Assembly (NCBI GenBank): GCA_965215365.1
Contig: CBDCDS010000003.1
Coordinates: forward strand, 2,144,001-2,208,000
DNA: 64,000 bases
Reading direction: 5' to 3'
Source: Gammaproteobacteria bacterium
GTDB taxonomy: Bacteria; Pseudomonadota; Gammaproteobacteria; Eutrophobiales; Eutrophobiaceae
The translations under genes and the position numbers were made by a program. Below are positions 32,801 to 41,673 of the stretch, one piece after another (positions within the stretch are counted from its first letter, which is position 1; every line of letters starts with the position of its first letter). Under the pieces are notes generated by a model, which had not been told where the DNA came from, did not search any database, and saw only the letters and a list, made by a program, of their open reading frames with translations.

Positions 32801-32936
32801 ACAGGTCCTTATCAAGGAAGTCCTCAATCTCCCTGGCCTTCAGGCTCATAATCCGGTACAAACCAAAGTCCAAATCGCCACGGTCGAGCTGGAACATCGT
32901 CCGCAGAATTTCTTTTAAGCGATCGAATTTTTCCAT
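29829..32936 (-). CDS. mod: Type III restriction-modification methyltransferase Mod (long form)
   Basis: MFQLDRGDLDFGLYRIM, FDYFIHKDLGGFL, IDPPYNT (motif IV), LDYFAGSGTTG (motif I), YLRLESYEDTL. Confidence 0.92.
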   Translation of the reverse strand: MEKFDRLKEILRTMFQLDRGDLDFGLYRIMSLKAREIEDFLDKDLLPQVQDALTGNAARTLADLEDELVKARITAGDLGIDLETTPKFTELQQLLKEARADVAAEADVYNHLANFFARYYADGDFMSLRRYSGGGQPTYLLPYDGEEVKLHWANADQYYIKTTENYACYVFTVGAGAEQRRVRFETARADNEKDNIKEANGRQRRFLLAQGAGINAVEITRDELVVRFTHRPLTENEKKTWNGNGSKQQETINQAVAERILDSLEPAWQVLLAVGAPTENNPQRTVLDKHLATYTAKNSFDYFIHKDLGGFLRRELDLYLKTDVLNLDDLEAGDTLRLQRALARTRAVRQVAHKIIAFLAQLEDFQKQLWLKKKFVLDTQYCVTLDKVPQTLYPEIAQNTAQHDEWVELFAIDEIESNLGNGNAGYTNPLTIDFLKHNPYLALDTRHFDSGFTDRLLAALSAEGSLEEQLDGLLVHGENFQALNFLQKQYEKQVKCVHIDPPYNTDTSGFLYKNGYRHSSWMAFMESRMLVSMNILDADASYLCHIDENEYELLHLLFDRLPIRTAGTAVWDKMNPMNAGRGLALQHEYVIWKSNKDAPIYLRNGKNGGVSLLLKAAERIIKKCGGVSEDARKEYAQYVAKNKQLTGGEKAYRYLDDNGKICQSVSLRAPEPRIDPKFHIPLMHPATGKPCPVPPNGFSRTPETLQAMMERGEIIFGADESTQPRQKVVLTNQTRKQASSVIQESRTGKQELGRLGLDFPYCHSVVLYEELVAAAVDGATGVILDYFAGSGTTGHAVINLNREDAGQRKYILVEVGDHFDTVLLPRLKKVIYSPDWKDGKPVSRNGSGQFFKYLRLESYEDTLDSLELTPPSSPQQDLLTQNPALREDYQLRYALGEETTGSASLAGKSFINPFAYTLSVVRDGARGEAPVDLPETFNFLVGLRVATRQTIEDVLTITGADPQGRRCLILWRNQEAMDNANLDAWFTHQRQRFAPFDVIYVNGDHTLNALKQANESWSASTIETVFRELMFKAEI

Positions 32937-33431
32937 TTATTGCTTGCGGCGATGTATTGCCGCGCCCCCGCTTGCCATGTCACGAGCCTTACCCGGTTCG
33001 GCGATCAGTGCGTGTGTTCCAACGATGGCATCACGTAATCCTTCCATTAATCCTTCCTGGCGCGCCAAGCGTCCCTGCAACTGACTCACGGCCTCGCGTA
33101 ACTCTTCCATCAATCCTTCTTGACGCACCACGCGTCCCTGCAACTGACTCATGGCCTCGCGTAACCCTTCTATCAATCCTTCCTGACGCACCACGCGTTC
33201 TTGCAGTTGCCCCACATCCTCGCGTAACCGGTTAATTGCCTCAAGGTGTATATTGAACTCGGCCTTCATTTCCGATCGCACCGCTTTGAATTCCTCATGC
33301 ACCTCCCTGAATTCCGCACGATTCTCCTCACGCAGGTCCAGCATCTCTGCTCTCAGGTTATGTTGGCTGTACAGAATGAGGCCGGCCAGGCTTATGCCGA
33401 CACCGATGATTGCGATCAAATCTTTTGACAT
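32937..33431 (-). CDS. Hypothetical protein with an N-terminal TM helix and a repeat coiled coil
   Basis: IAIIGVGISLAGLIL then heptad-rich sequence; AAGGAGG RBS; stop abuts the mod ATG. Confidence 0.8.
   Translation of the reverse strand: MSKDLIAIIGVGISLAGLILYSQHNLRAEMLDLREENRAEFREVHEEFKAVRSEMKAEFNIHLEAINRLREDVGQLQERVVRQEGLIEGLREAMSQLQGRVVRQEGLMEELREAVSQLQGRLARQEGLMEGLRDAIVGTHALIAEPGKARDMASGGAAIHRRKQ
33034..33228. repeat. Three tandem 63-bp (21-codon) repeats inside the coiled-coil ORF
   Basis: Units start at 33034, 33097 and 33160 and encode LRE(D/A)xxQLQxRxxRQEGL(I/M)Ex. Confidence 0.92.
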
Positions 33432-33491
33432 GACATGTCCTCCTTAAAACAGTTGTAAAATGTCCGTTTCGTATCCGAACAGGTGTTTTTG

Positions 33492-33520
33492 AGGATATAT
33501 AGATACGGAACCGGAGTCAA
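33492..33520 (-). promoter_or_regulatory. Candidate sigma70 promoter for the coiled-coil/mod/TA/res transcript
   Basis: Minus strand TTGACT-N17-TATCCT. Confidence 0.5.
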
Positions 33521-33560
33521 GAAAAAATGAAACGGGCGGCGCCCGGCGCGTGATCATATA

Positions 33561-34538
33561 ATGACAACCCATGAAGGAAAAATTATTACCAGCGGATTCA
33601 AACCGGCCTGGTGGCTGCCGGGCGGGAACCTGCAGACGCTGTGGCCTTATTTCTTGCGGCGGCGGCCGCGGTTGGATTTGACCCGTGAACGACTTGAACT
33701 GCCGGATGGGGATTTTGTTGACCTGTGCCTGACTGCAAATGCCGGCGCGCCGGTGGTGTGTGTGTTGCACGGGCTGGAAGGCTGCATCGATTCTCATTAC
33801 GTGAAACCGCTGCTGGCGGCTGTCGTGCAGCGCGGCTGGCATGGCGTGTTCATGCACTGGCGCGGGTGTAGCGGGACGCATAACCGCCTGGCGCGCAGTT
33901 ATCATTCCGGGGACACCGGCGATATCGGCTTTTTGCTGGAGCAGCTGCGCCGGCGTTTCCCTGGGGTTGCCATCGCCGCGACGGGCTATTCCCTGGGCGG
34001 CAATGCCTTGCTCAAATACTTAGGCGAAGCGTCGCGCCGGGGGCTGGTGCAGGCTGCGGCGGCAGTGTCTGTGCCTTACGACCTTGCGGCCGGCGCCCGC
34101 CGCCTGAAGCGGGGGTTTTCCAGGGTATATCAGCGCCGCTTCCTGCACTTACTGAAGCGCAAGATCAAGAGCAAGTTCAGCTCGATGGACGCTCCTGTTG
34201 ACCTTGATAAACTTCCACAAATGAATGATTTTTTCAGCTTCGATGGCGCCGTCACTGCGCCCTTGCACGGGTTTGCCGGGGCGGATGATTATTATTCCCG
34301 CAGCAGTTCCCGACAGTTTTTAAGGTCCATCGACGTACCGACCTTGTTGCTGCATGCGCGTGATGACCCGTTTATGACTGCGGCGGTGATTCCAACGGCA
34401 GCTGAGCTGTCGGACTGTGTACAACTGGAACTGGTCGCGCGCGGCGGGCATATCGGGTTTGTCGGCGGCTGCCTGCCGGGGTATGCTGTATATTGGCTGG
34501 AACGACGTATTATTGAGTTTTTTGAGGGGCGCTTATGA
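33561..34538 (+). CDS. yheT: YheT-family alpha/beta hydrolase
   Basis: RERLELPDGDFVDL, LHGLEG, GYSLGGN, HARDDPF, GGHIGF. Confidence 0.88.
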   Translation: MTTHEGKIITSGFKPAWWLPGGNLQTLWPYFLRRRPRLDLTRERLELPDGDFVDLCLTANAGAPVVCVLHGLEGCIDSHYVKPLLAAVVQRGWHGVFMHWRGCSGTHNRLARSYHSGDTGDIGFLLEQLRRRFPGVAIAATGYSLGGNALLKYLGEASRRGLVQAAAAVSVPYDLAAGARRLKRGFSRVYQRRFLHLLKRKIKSKFSSMDAPVDLDKLPQMNDFFSFDGAVTAPLHGFAGADDYYSRSSSRQFLRSIDVPTLLLHARDDPFMTAAVIPTAAELSDCVQLELVARGGHIGFVGGCLPGYAVYWLERRIIEFFEGRL

Positions 34539-34603
34539 AATACCGAACAGTTTTGGCGCTGGATTTTTGCCTGGACCGGAATAACGAGGTGGCGTGATCA
34601 AGC

Positions 34604-35131
34604 ATGGCGCGGACTTTGTGGTTAATCACTGAACGCCGGTTATTTCTGGTTGCAGCCTTGGCGTGTCTGGCGTTGCTGGGCTTTGGGTACTACCTGCAAT
34701 TTGTGCAGGGGTTGGAGCCGTGTCCGTTGTGTATCCTGCAGCGGGGCGCGTATCTGGGCGTTGGGCTGGTTTGTCTGGTCGCCTGCCTGCACGGTTCTGC
34801 CGTCCGTCTGTACAGTGGGCTGGCGCTGGTTTGCGCGCTGACGGGCGCCGCTATCGCCGGGCGTCAGGTGTGGTTACAGCAGCTACCGCCAGAACGGCTG
34901 CCGGAATGCGGGCCGGGGCTGGATTTTATCCTGCAGGCGTGGCCGTTGTTCGAGGCCTTGAGGCTGATCTTCACCGGCTCCGGGGAATGTGCGGAAACTG
35001 TGTGGACATTCCTGTCTCTGAGTATCGCCGAGTGGAGTTTGTTCTGGTTTGCCGCGTTATCAGCACTGTTTGTATATCAGATTTTTTCAGCCCCCCTGCG
35101 TCATTCCCGCGCAAGCGGGTCAACGCCGTAA
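34604..35131 (+). CDS. dsbB: Disulfide bond formation protein B
   Basis: LEPCPLCILQR, PECGPGL, GSGECA. Confidence 0.93.
   Translation: MARTLWLITERRLFLVAALACLALLGFGYYLQFVQGLEPCPLCILQRGAYLGVGLVCLVACLHGSAVRLYSGLALVCALTGAAIAGRQVWLQQLPPERLPECGPGLDFILQAWPLFEALRLIFTGSGECAETVWTFLSLSIAEWSLFWFAALSALFVYQIFSAPLRHSRASGSTP
35099..35119 (+). repeat. CGTC-type REP half copy at the dsbB/ffh convergence
   Basis: CGTCATTCCCGCGCAAGCGGG. Confidence 0.7.
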
Positions 35132-36511
35132 GCCGCGCGGTATATTTCCCATATTCCCGTTACCCGTATTGCCGGTGAGGCCGCGCATCATGTTCTCTAT
35201 GCCGCCTTTTTTGCTCAGCTTTTTGGTCATCTTCTGCATCCGGGTAAACTGCTTGAGCAGGCGGTTGATGTCCTGTATCTGCGTGCCGGAACCGATGGCG
35301 ATGCGCTTCTTGCGGGAACCGTTGACCACGGCCGGGAAGCGCCGCTCGCCGGAGGTCATGGAGTTGATGATCGCCTCAAAGCGGGCCAGCTCGCGCTCCT
35401 GACCGGCGACTCCACCCATGGCACCGGCGGCGGCTTGCTGCATCCCCGGTATCTTGTCCAGCACACCGCCGAGCCCGCCCAGGTTCTGCAACTGCCGGAG
35501 CTGTTCGCGAAAATCATCCAGGTCAAAGCCCCTGCCCCGTTTCAGCTTCCTGGCCATCTTTTGCGCTTTTTCCTGGTCTGCCTTTTGCTCCACTTCCTCG
35601 ATCAGGCTCAGCATATCGCCCATGCCGAGGATGCGCGAGGCCATCCGCTCGGGATGGAACGGGGACAGTTCCGAGGCCTTCTCCCCGGCGCCCAGGAACA
35701 GGATGGGTTTACCGGTCACGTGGCGGACCGATAACGCCGCGCCCCCGCGAGCATCACCATCGACCTTGGTCAGGATTACTCCGCTCAAATCCAGGGCCTC
35801 GTTAAAGGCCGCCGCCGCGTTGACTGCGTCCTGCCCCATCATGCTGTCTATCAAAAACAAGGTGTCAGACGGTTGCAGCACGCGCTGGATATGGCGGATC
35901 TCCGCCATCATGTCCTCATCCACATGCAGCCGGCCGGCACTATCGACGATGAGTATATCGGCAAAACGGCTACGGGCATGTTGTCGCGCGGCCGCGGCGA
36001 TGGCAACAGGTTCACGGCCGTCCCCGGCGCTGAAATAGTCCAGCTGGTTTTCCTGTGCCAGCACCCGCAACTGCTCCTGCGCCGCCGGGCGATAGACGTC
36101 GCAACTGCTCACCAGCACGGACTTGTTATGCTGCTCCCGACACCATTTACCCAATTTCGCCACCGTGGTGGTCTTGCCGGCGCCCTGCAGGCCGGCCACC
36201 AGGATGATCGCCGGCGGCGACACTTTCAGGTTGAGCTCGGCCTGACCGTCTCCCATCAGGCGCACCAACTCGTCCTGGACGACCCGGAGCAGCGCCTGCC
36301 CCGGGGTGAGGCTGCTTGTTACCTCCCGGCCCAGCGCCTGCCCTTCAACGCGCCGGATAAACTCCTGAACCACCGGCAGCGCCACATCTGCCTCCAGCAA
36401 GGCCCTACGCACATCCCGCAGGGTGGCCGCGACATTCTCTTGCGTCAGCCGCGCATGACCGCGCAACTGTTGCACAATACGCCCGAAGCGCCCGGTCAGA
36501 TTTTCAAACAT
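35120..36511 (-). CDS. ffh: Signal recognition particle protein Ffh
   Basis: ALLEADV, GLQGAGKTTT, DVYRPAA, DSAGR, DGDARGGAALS, RILGMGD. Confidence 0.98.
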   Translation of the reverse strand: MFENLTGRFGRIVQQLRGHARLTQENVAATLRDVRRALLEADVALPVVQEFIRRVEGQALGREVTSSLTPGQALLRVVQDELVRLMGDGQAELNLKVSPPAIILVAGLQGAGKTTTVAKLGKWCREQHNKSVLVSSCDVYRPAAQEQLRVLAQENQLDYFSAGDGREPVAIAAAARQHARSRFADILIVDSAGRLHVDEDMMAEIRHIQRVLQPSDTLFLIDSMMGQDAVNAAAAFNEALDLSGVILTKVDGDARGGAALSVRHVTGKPILFLGAGEKASELSPFHPERMASRILGMGDMLSLIEEVEQKADQEKAQKMARKLKRGRGFDLDDFREQLRQLQNLGGLGGVLDKIPGMQQAAAGAMGGVAGQERELARFEAIINSMTSGERRFPAVVNGSRKKRIAIGSGTQIQDINRLLKQFTRMQKMTKKLSKKGGIENMMRGLTGNTGNGNMGNIPRGLRR

Positions 36512-36597
36512 GCTGTTCTCTCAGGCGCCTCGTGTTTGTGAGAGGCGCCCTTAAGGTTAAAAAACTGTGTTACTCTGTGCCGTCTTTGGATAGATTT

Positions 36598-37401
36598 ATG
36601 ATTATTAGCACTGCCGTTATTCTACTCTATTTCCTGACCGCCGTGTGGCTGGGTAACAGGATTTTCCGGTTGCGTCTGGGTACGGATGCTTTCAGTCACA
36701 GGATTGCCGCGCTGGCCGGATTGGCATTGTCCGGTCACGGCCTGGTCCTGTATCGGGAAATTGTGGTTACCACAGGCTTCAACCTGGGTTTTTACCATGC
36801 CCTGTCACTGGTCTGCTGGGCTATTGCGGCACTGGCCGTGCTGGTCGGGTTATACCGGGCCATGAGTAATCTGGTGGTGATCTTCTTTCCTGCCGCGGCG
36901 CTGGCGCTGTTGCTGCAAAGCGTTACCCCCAGTATCAATATCATTTCCAGTGGCATTACCGCCGGACTGAAAATACACATCATCCTGTCGATAGCGGCCT
37001 ACAGCCTGTTGACTCTGGGCGCCTTGCAGGCGTTGCTGCTGACCGTTCAGGAAACCCGGTTACGCAAGCGGCAACCCGTGTCGGTGTTGCAAGTCCTGCC
37101 GCCCATGCAGGTGCTGGAAGAACTGCTGGTACAGACCCTTGCCATCGGTTTTTTCCTGCTCAGCCTGAGTCTGTCCACAGGCTTCATGTTCATGCACGAC
37201 ATGTTGGAGCAACGCCTCTCACACAAAGTGGTGTTATCCATCCTGACCTGGCTCATCTTTGCGGTCGTACTTTGGGGCCGGTGGGCGCGCGGCTGGCGCG
37301 GGCGCACGCTGAGTCGCTGGACTCTGGGTGGTTGCGCGTCCCTGGTACTGGCTTACTTCGGCTCCAAACTGGTGCTGGAACTCATTCTCCAGCGCGTGTA
37401 A
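36598..37401 (+). CDS. ypjD: YpjD / cytochrome c assembly family inner membrane protein
   Basis: HIILSIAAYSLL, LPPMQVLE, HKVVLS, LAYFGSKLVLE; divergent from ffh. Confidence 0.88.
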   Translation: MIISTAVILLYFLTAVWLGNRIFRLRLGTDAFSHRIAALAGLALSGHGLVLYREIVVTTGFNLGFYHALSLVCWAIAALAVLVGLYRAMSNLVVIFFPAAALALLLQSVTPSINIISSGITAGLKIHIILSIAAYSLLTLGALQALLLTVQETRLRKRQPVSVLQVLPPMQVLEELLVQTLAIGFFLLSLSLSTGFMFMHDMLEQRLSHKVVLSILTWLIFAVVLWGRWARGWRGRTLSRWTLGGCASLVLAYFGSKLVLELILQRV

Positions 37402-37475
37402 GTTGAACACCGTTCGCCATGCCGACGGAACAGGCGCCGTTATATCATCTTATTACATCAACCGAGGCCATTTCC

Positions 37476-38756
37476 ATGGATGAAATTTCCATATTTCTGT
37501 TAGCAATCATTGTCGTGCTGCTGCTTGCTGTCGCCGCGTTCTTTTCCGGGTCGGAAACCGGCATGATGGCGGTAAACCGTTACCGCTTACGTCATCTTGC
37601 CAACGACGGGCACAAGGGCGCCATTAAGACTGCCGGGTTGCTGGAACGCACCGATCGGCTGCTGGGCTTGATCCTGTTATGCAATAACGTCGTCAATTTC
37701 TATGCCGCCTCCCTGTTCACGCTGATTGTGGTACGGTATCTGGGCGACACCGTCGGCCAGGCCTTGGGGCCGTTGATTTTCACCGCAATCTTCCTGGTTG
37801 TTTCCGAAACGGCGCCTAAGACCGTAGCGGCTTATCGTCCGGAGCAATTCGCCTTCCCCGCCTCCCATGTCCTCAAGCCGTTATCAGTCGTATGTTACCC
37901 GTTGGTCTGGGCCATCAACCGCGCGTCCAACAAATTTCTGGCGCTGCTACGCTTCAAACTGGATGACACCCGGCAAACCAGTCTGTCGCGGGAAGAATTG
38001 AAGACCGCGCTCTCGGAAGCGGGCAAGACGCTGCCGGCCAAGCACCTGAACATGCTGCTCGGCATCCTCGACTTAGAGCAGATAACGGTGGCGGATATCA
38101 TGGCGCCGCGTAATGAAATTGCGGGGCTGGACATCAATGATGATGTCAACGAGATACTGGATTATCTTACCCAGACCTCACATACCCGGCTGCCGTTGTA
38201 CCGGGGCAGTTTGGATGAGATCGTCGGCGTCATCCATGTGCGGCGGGTGCTGCGCCTGCTCCGGGACGCGGATGAAATCACCCGGGAAGACCTGGAACAA
38301 GTGGCCGAAGAGCCCCACTTCGTCCCGCTCAACATGTCCCTGAACGCACAAATGCTGGCTTTCCAGCAGACCAGAAAACGCCTAGGTTTTGTGGTGGATG
38401 AATACGGAATTATCCAGGGGCTGCTCACGCTGGAAGATATCTTAGAGGAGATTGTCGGTGAGTTCACCACAGACTTTCAAGCCCATCACGTCGATATCGT
38501 CAAACAGCAGGACGGTTCCTACATTATCGATGGCAGCGCGCCGTTGCGGGACATCAACCGACAACTGGGCTGGACTTTGCCGGCCGACGGCCCGAAAACC
38601 CTGAACGGACTGGTGCTGGAACGGCTGGAGACTATGCCGGAACCAGGCACCTCCTTGAAGATAGACAACGTCACCCTGGAGATCACGCAGGTCACAGACA
38701 ATGCAGTGAAGTCAGTACGGGTGAAATTGTTGGACGAGCAGTACTCTCTTCTGTAA
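37476..38756 (+). CDS. HlyC/CorC-family CNNM transporter (YfjD/CorB-like)
   Basis: AFFSGSETGMM, CBS pair (HTRLPLY, VVDEYG), LEEIVGEF, CorC domain. Confidence 0.9.
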   Translation: MDEISIFLLAIIVVLLLAVAAFFSGSETGMMAVNRYRLRHLANDGHKGAIKTAGLLERTDRLLGLILLCNNVVNFYAASLFTLIVVRYLGDTVGQALGPLIFTAIFLVVSETAPKTVAAYRPEQFAFPASHVLKPLSVVCYPLVWAINRASNKFLALLRFKLDDTRQTSLSREELKTALSEAGKTLPAKHLNMLLGILDLEQITVADIMAPRNEIAGLDINDDVNEILDYLTQTSHTRLPLYRGSLDEIVGVIHVRRVLRLLRDADEITREDLEQVAEEPHFVPLNMSLNAQMLAFQQTRKRLGFVVDEYGIIQGLLTLEDILEEIVGEFTTDFQAHHVDIVKQQDGSYIIDGSAPLRDINRQLGWTLPADGPKTLNGLVLERLETMPEPGTSLKIDNVTLEITQVTDNAVKSVRVKLLDEQYSLL

Positions 38757-38806
38757 GTTCTTGACGAACTGCCCTGCCCTATCACAACAACCCGACGACA
38801 GAGCCC

Positions 38807-39493
38807 ATGAGCAAAACAAAAATCGCAGTATTCGCCGCAGTCAGCGCGTTGGTGGCTGCATTTTTCATTTTCGACCTGGGGCAGTATTTCAACCTGGAAT
38901 ACCTGAAGGCGCAACAGGCCGTGATAGACAGGTATTACGCAGCAAAGCCGTTGGTGACTGCGGCCTCCTTCTTTTTTCTGTACGTCGTTATTACCGGTTT
39001 ATCGCTGCCCGGTGCGGCAATCCTGACCCTGGCCGCAGGCGCGATTTTCGGCCTGCTGTGGGGAACGGTCATTGCCTCGTTGGCCTCTACGCTGGGAGCG
39101 ACCCTGGCTTTTCTGTTCTCCCGCTACCTGTTCCGGGACGCCATACAGTCTCGTTTTGCCGACAAACTGGGCGCCATCAACAAGGGCGTGGCCGAGGACG
39201 GCGCCTTTTACCTGTTCACGCTACGCCTGGTGCCGCTGTTCCCGTATTTTGTCATCAATCTGGTCATGGGGCTGACCCCCATCCGGGCGCTGACTTTCTT
39301 CCTCGTCAGTCAGGCCGGGATGCTGGCCGGCACTATCGTCTATGTCAATGCCGGCACCCAGATCGCCAAAATCGAACAACTCAAGGACATCGCTTCACCG
39401 GGGTTGATCCTGTCCTTTGTGCTGTTAGGTATCTTCCCGTTGCTGGCAAAAAAGGCGGTGGATTACCTGAAACAGCGTAAGGCTCACGCCTGA
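38807..39493 (+). CDS. TVP38/TMEM64 (DedA/VTT) membrane protein
   Basis: LSLPGAAILTLAAGAIFG, YLFTLRLVP, SQAGMLAGTIVYVNAG. Confidence 0.9.
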   Translation: MSKTKIAVFAAVSALVAAFFIFDLGQYFNLEYLKAQQAVIDRYYAAKPLVTAASFFFLYVVITGLSLPGAAILTLAAGAIFGLLWGTVIASLASTLGATLAFLFSRYLFRDAIQSRFADKLGAINKGVAEDGAFYLFTLRLVPLFPYFVINLVMGLTPIRALTFFLVSQAGMLAGTIVYVNAGTQIAKIEQLKDIASPGLILSFVLLGIFPLLAKKAVDYLKQRKAHA

Positions 39494-39499
39494 ACAAAC

Positions 39500-40852
39500 A
39501 TGGCTGACCATGACTATGATTTGTTTGTTATTGGCGCCGGCTCGGGGGGGGTGCGCGCGGCGCGCATGGCCGGCGGCTTTGGCGCGCGGGTGGGGATTGC
39601 TGAGGAACGTTATCTGGGCGGTACCTGTGTCAATGTCGGCTGTATCCCGAAAAAACTGTTTGTGTACGCCGCACACTTTGCCGAGGAGTTCCGGGATGCT
39701 GCGGGCTATGGCTGGCAGCTGGCCGGAGCGGACTTTAACTGGAACGCGTTACTGAAAAATAAAAATAATGAAATTAAACGGTTAAATGAAATTTATGCAA
39801 ATTTACTTAAACTTAACAACGTAGTTATCCATGATGGCCGGGGCGTAGTGACGGGACCCCACTCGGTACGGGTTAATGGCAAGGAGCTCAGCGCCGAGCG
39901 TATCCTGGTGGCCACCGGCAGCTGGCCACAGCTCCCGGATATCCCGGGCCGGGAACATATCATCTCTTCTAATGAGGCGTTTTTTCTCGAGTCCCTGCCG
40001 CAACGCGTGGTGATCGCGGGCGGCGGGTATATCGCAGTCGAATTTGCCGGTATCTTCCACGGACTGGGAGTGGACACCACCCTGGTCTATCGCGGTGATT
40101 TATTCCTGCGCGGGTTTGACGAGGAACTGCGCGAGTTCCTGGCCGAGCAGCTGCGCGCGCAAGGCATTAAGCTGTTGTTCAACACCCACATAGACCGCAT
40201 AGAGCAGCATAACGGCCATTATCAGGCGCACTCGCCAGAGGCGGGCGCCCTGCCGGCTGACCTGGTGTTATACGCAACCGGGCGCCGACCGCATACACAC
40301 GACCTAGGACTGGAAACAGCCGGCGTAGCCTTAAACGACAAGGGCGCCATCATCGTGGATGCGGATTACCGTAGTTCTGTGCCTTCCATTTACGCCATCG
40401 GCGACGTCACCGATCGCATGAACCTGACCCCGGTCGCCACCGCGGAGGGTACGGCGCTGGCGCACAACCTGTTCAACCGGCAGTCAAGACGGGTGGACTA
40501 CCGTGACATCGCCACCTGCATCTTCAGCCAGCCCACTCTGGGTACAGTGGGCCTGACCGAGGCCCAAGCGCGCCGGGACTATAAGCATGTGGATGTGTAC
40601 AAGTCCCGCTTCACCCCCCTCAAACACACCTTGACCGATAATCCCGGGCAGACTCTGATGAAACTGCTCGTGGACCGGGACAGCGACCGGGTGCTGGGCG
40701 TACACATGGTCGGCCCGGATGCCGGCGAGATCATCCAGGGTCTGGCTATCGCCCTGAAAGCCGGCGCCACCAAGGCCACCTTCGATGCCACTATCGGGAT
40801 TCACCCCACTGCGGCGGAGGAATTTGTGACCATGCGGGAGCCGGTGAGTTGA
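39500..40852 (+). CDS. gor: Glutathione-disulfide reductase
   Basis: [43 protein letters not shown]. Confidence 0.96.
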   Translation: MADHDYDLFVIGAGSGGVRAARMAGGFGARVGIAEERYLGGTCVNVGCIPKKLFVYAAHFAEEFRDAAGYGWQLAGADFNWNALLKNKNNEIKRLNEIYANLLKLNNVVIHDGRGVVTGPHSVRVNGKELSAERILVATGSWPQLPDIPGREHIISSNEAFFLESLPQRVVIAGGGYIAVEFAGIFHGLGVDTTLVYRGDLFLRGFDEELREFLAEQLRAQGIKLLFNTHIDRIEQHNGHYQAHSPEAGALPADLVLYATGRRPHTHDLGLETAGVALNDKGAIIVDADYRSSVPSIYAIGDVTDRMNLTPVATAEGTALAHNLFNRQSRRVDYRDIATCIFSQPTLGTVGLTEAQARRDYKHVDVYKSRFTPLKHTLTDNPGQTLMKLLVDRDSDRVLGVHMVGPDAGEIIQGLAIALKAGATKATFDATIGIHPTAAEEFVTMREPVS

Positions 40853-40857
40853 AGGAG

Positions 40858-40910
40858 TTATCCGCAGCTTAGCGCAGAAAAAAAGACAATCTGCGTCACA
40901 CCTGCCGATA
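40858..40910. repeat. Degenerate CGCAGAT-family inverted pair between gor and modA
   Basis: TTATCCGCAGCTTAGCGCAGA...ATCTGCGTCACACCTGCCGATA. Confidence 0.65.
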
Positions 40911-40914
40911 CATT

Positions 40915-41673
40915 ATGCGTATATCTGTCTGTCTGTTATTGTTGCTTTGGTTGCCGGGCGCTTACCCGGAAGCCCTGAATGTCGCAGTGGCGTCCAACCT
41001 GACTCATACCCTGACTGAGATCAGTGAGGCGTTTTACCGGGAGCAAGGGCGGCGGGTGAACCTGACGTTCGGCTCGTCCGGTAATTTTGCCCGGCAGATC
41101 GTGCAGGGCGCGCCTTATACCGTGTTCATCTCCGCCGGCAGACAGTATGTGGACTTTGTGCGCGCCCACCACCGGGGCGCAAGTCGGGTCAAGCCCTTGA
41201 TCAACGGTAGCCTGAGCCTGTACATACCGCCCGGCGCCCGGCTGGAACCGCCGGCAACACTGGCCGCAGCGCAGCGCCTGCTGCGCTACAGTGAGTATCG
41301 CCGTCTGGCCATGGCCAACCCGGAACACGCGCCTTACGGTCAGGCGACCCGGATCGCCTTGATCAATGCCGGAGTATGGGCTTTTGACGCAAAAAAACTG
41401 CTGTTGGGAGAAAACGCCGCCCAGGCCATGCAATTCTGCCTGTCCGGCAGCGTGGATCTGTGTGTCGTCCCGACCTCATTTCTGACTCTGGAACAATTCG
41501 CCGCCAGGGGGACGCACTTCCAACTGCCACAACACTGGCATCCGCCTATTGCCCAATATGCGGTACTTCTCGGTGAAGACAACGAACCGGGACTGCGCTA
41601 CTACGATTACCTGTCCTCCCGCACCAGCACCGACATTTTCAGGAAATACGGGTATGGACTGGCAAGCCCTTAA
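40915..41673 (+). CDS. modA: Molybdate ABC transporter substrate-binding protein
   Basis: Signal peptide, VAVASNL, FGSSGNFARQI, ANPEHAPYG, PPIAQ. Confidence 0.92.
   Translation: MRISVCLLLLLWLPGAYPEALNVAVASNLTHTLTEISEAFYREQGRRVNLTFGSSGNFARQIVQGAPYTVFISAGRQYVDFVRAHHRGASRVKPLINGSLSLYIPPGARLEPPATLAAAQRLLRYSEYRRLAMANPEHAPYGQATRIALINAGVWAFDAKKLLLGENAAQAMQFCLSGSVDLCVVPTSFLTLEQFAARGTHFQLPQHWHPPIAQYAVLLGEDNEPGLRYYDYLSSRTSTDIFRKYGYGLASP

Noticed and set aside
29829-32936. Phase-variable simple-sequence repeat in mod
   Set aside because: No homopolymer or short tandem tract of meaningful length was seen.
33034-33228. Possible CRISPR or non-coding repeat array
   Set aside because: The units are in-frame 63-bp coding repeats with no spacers.
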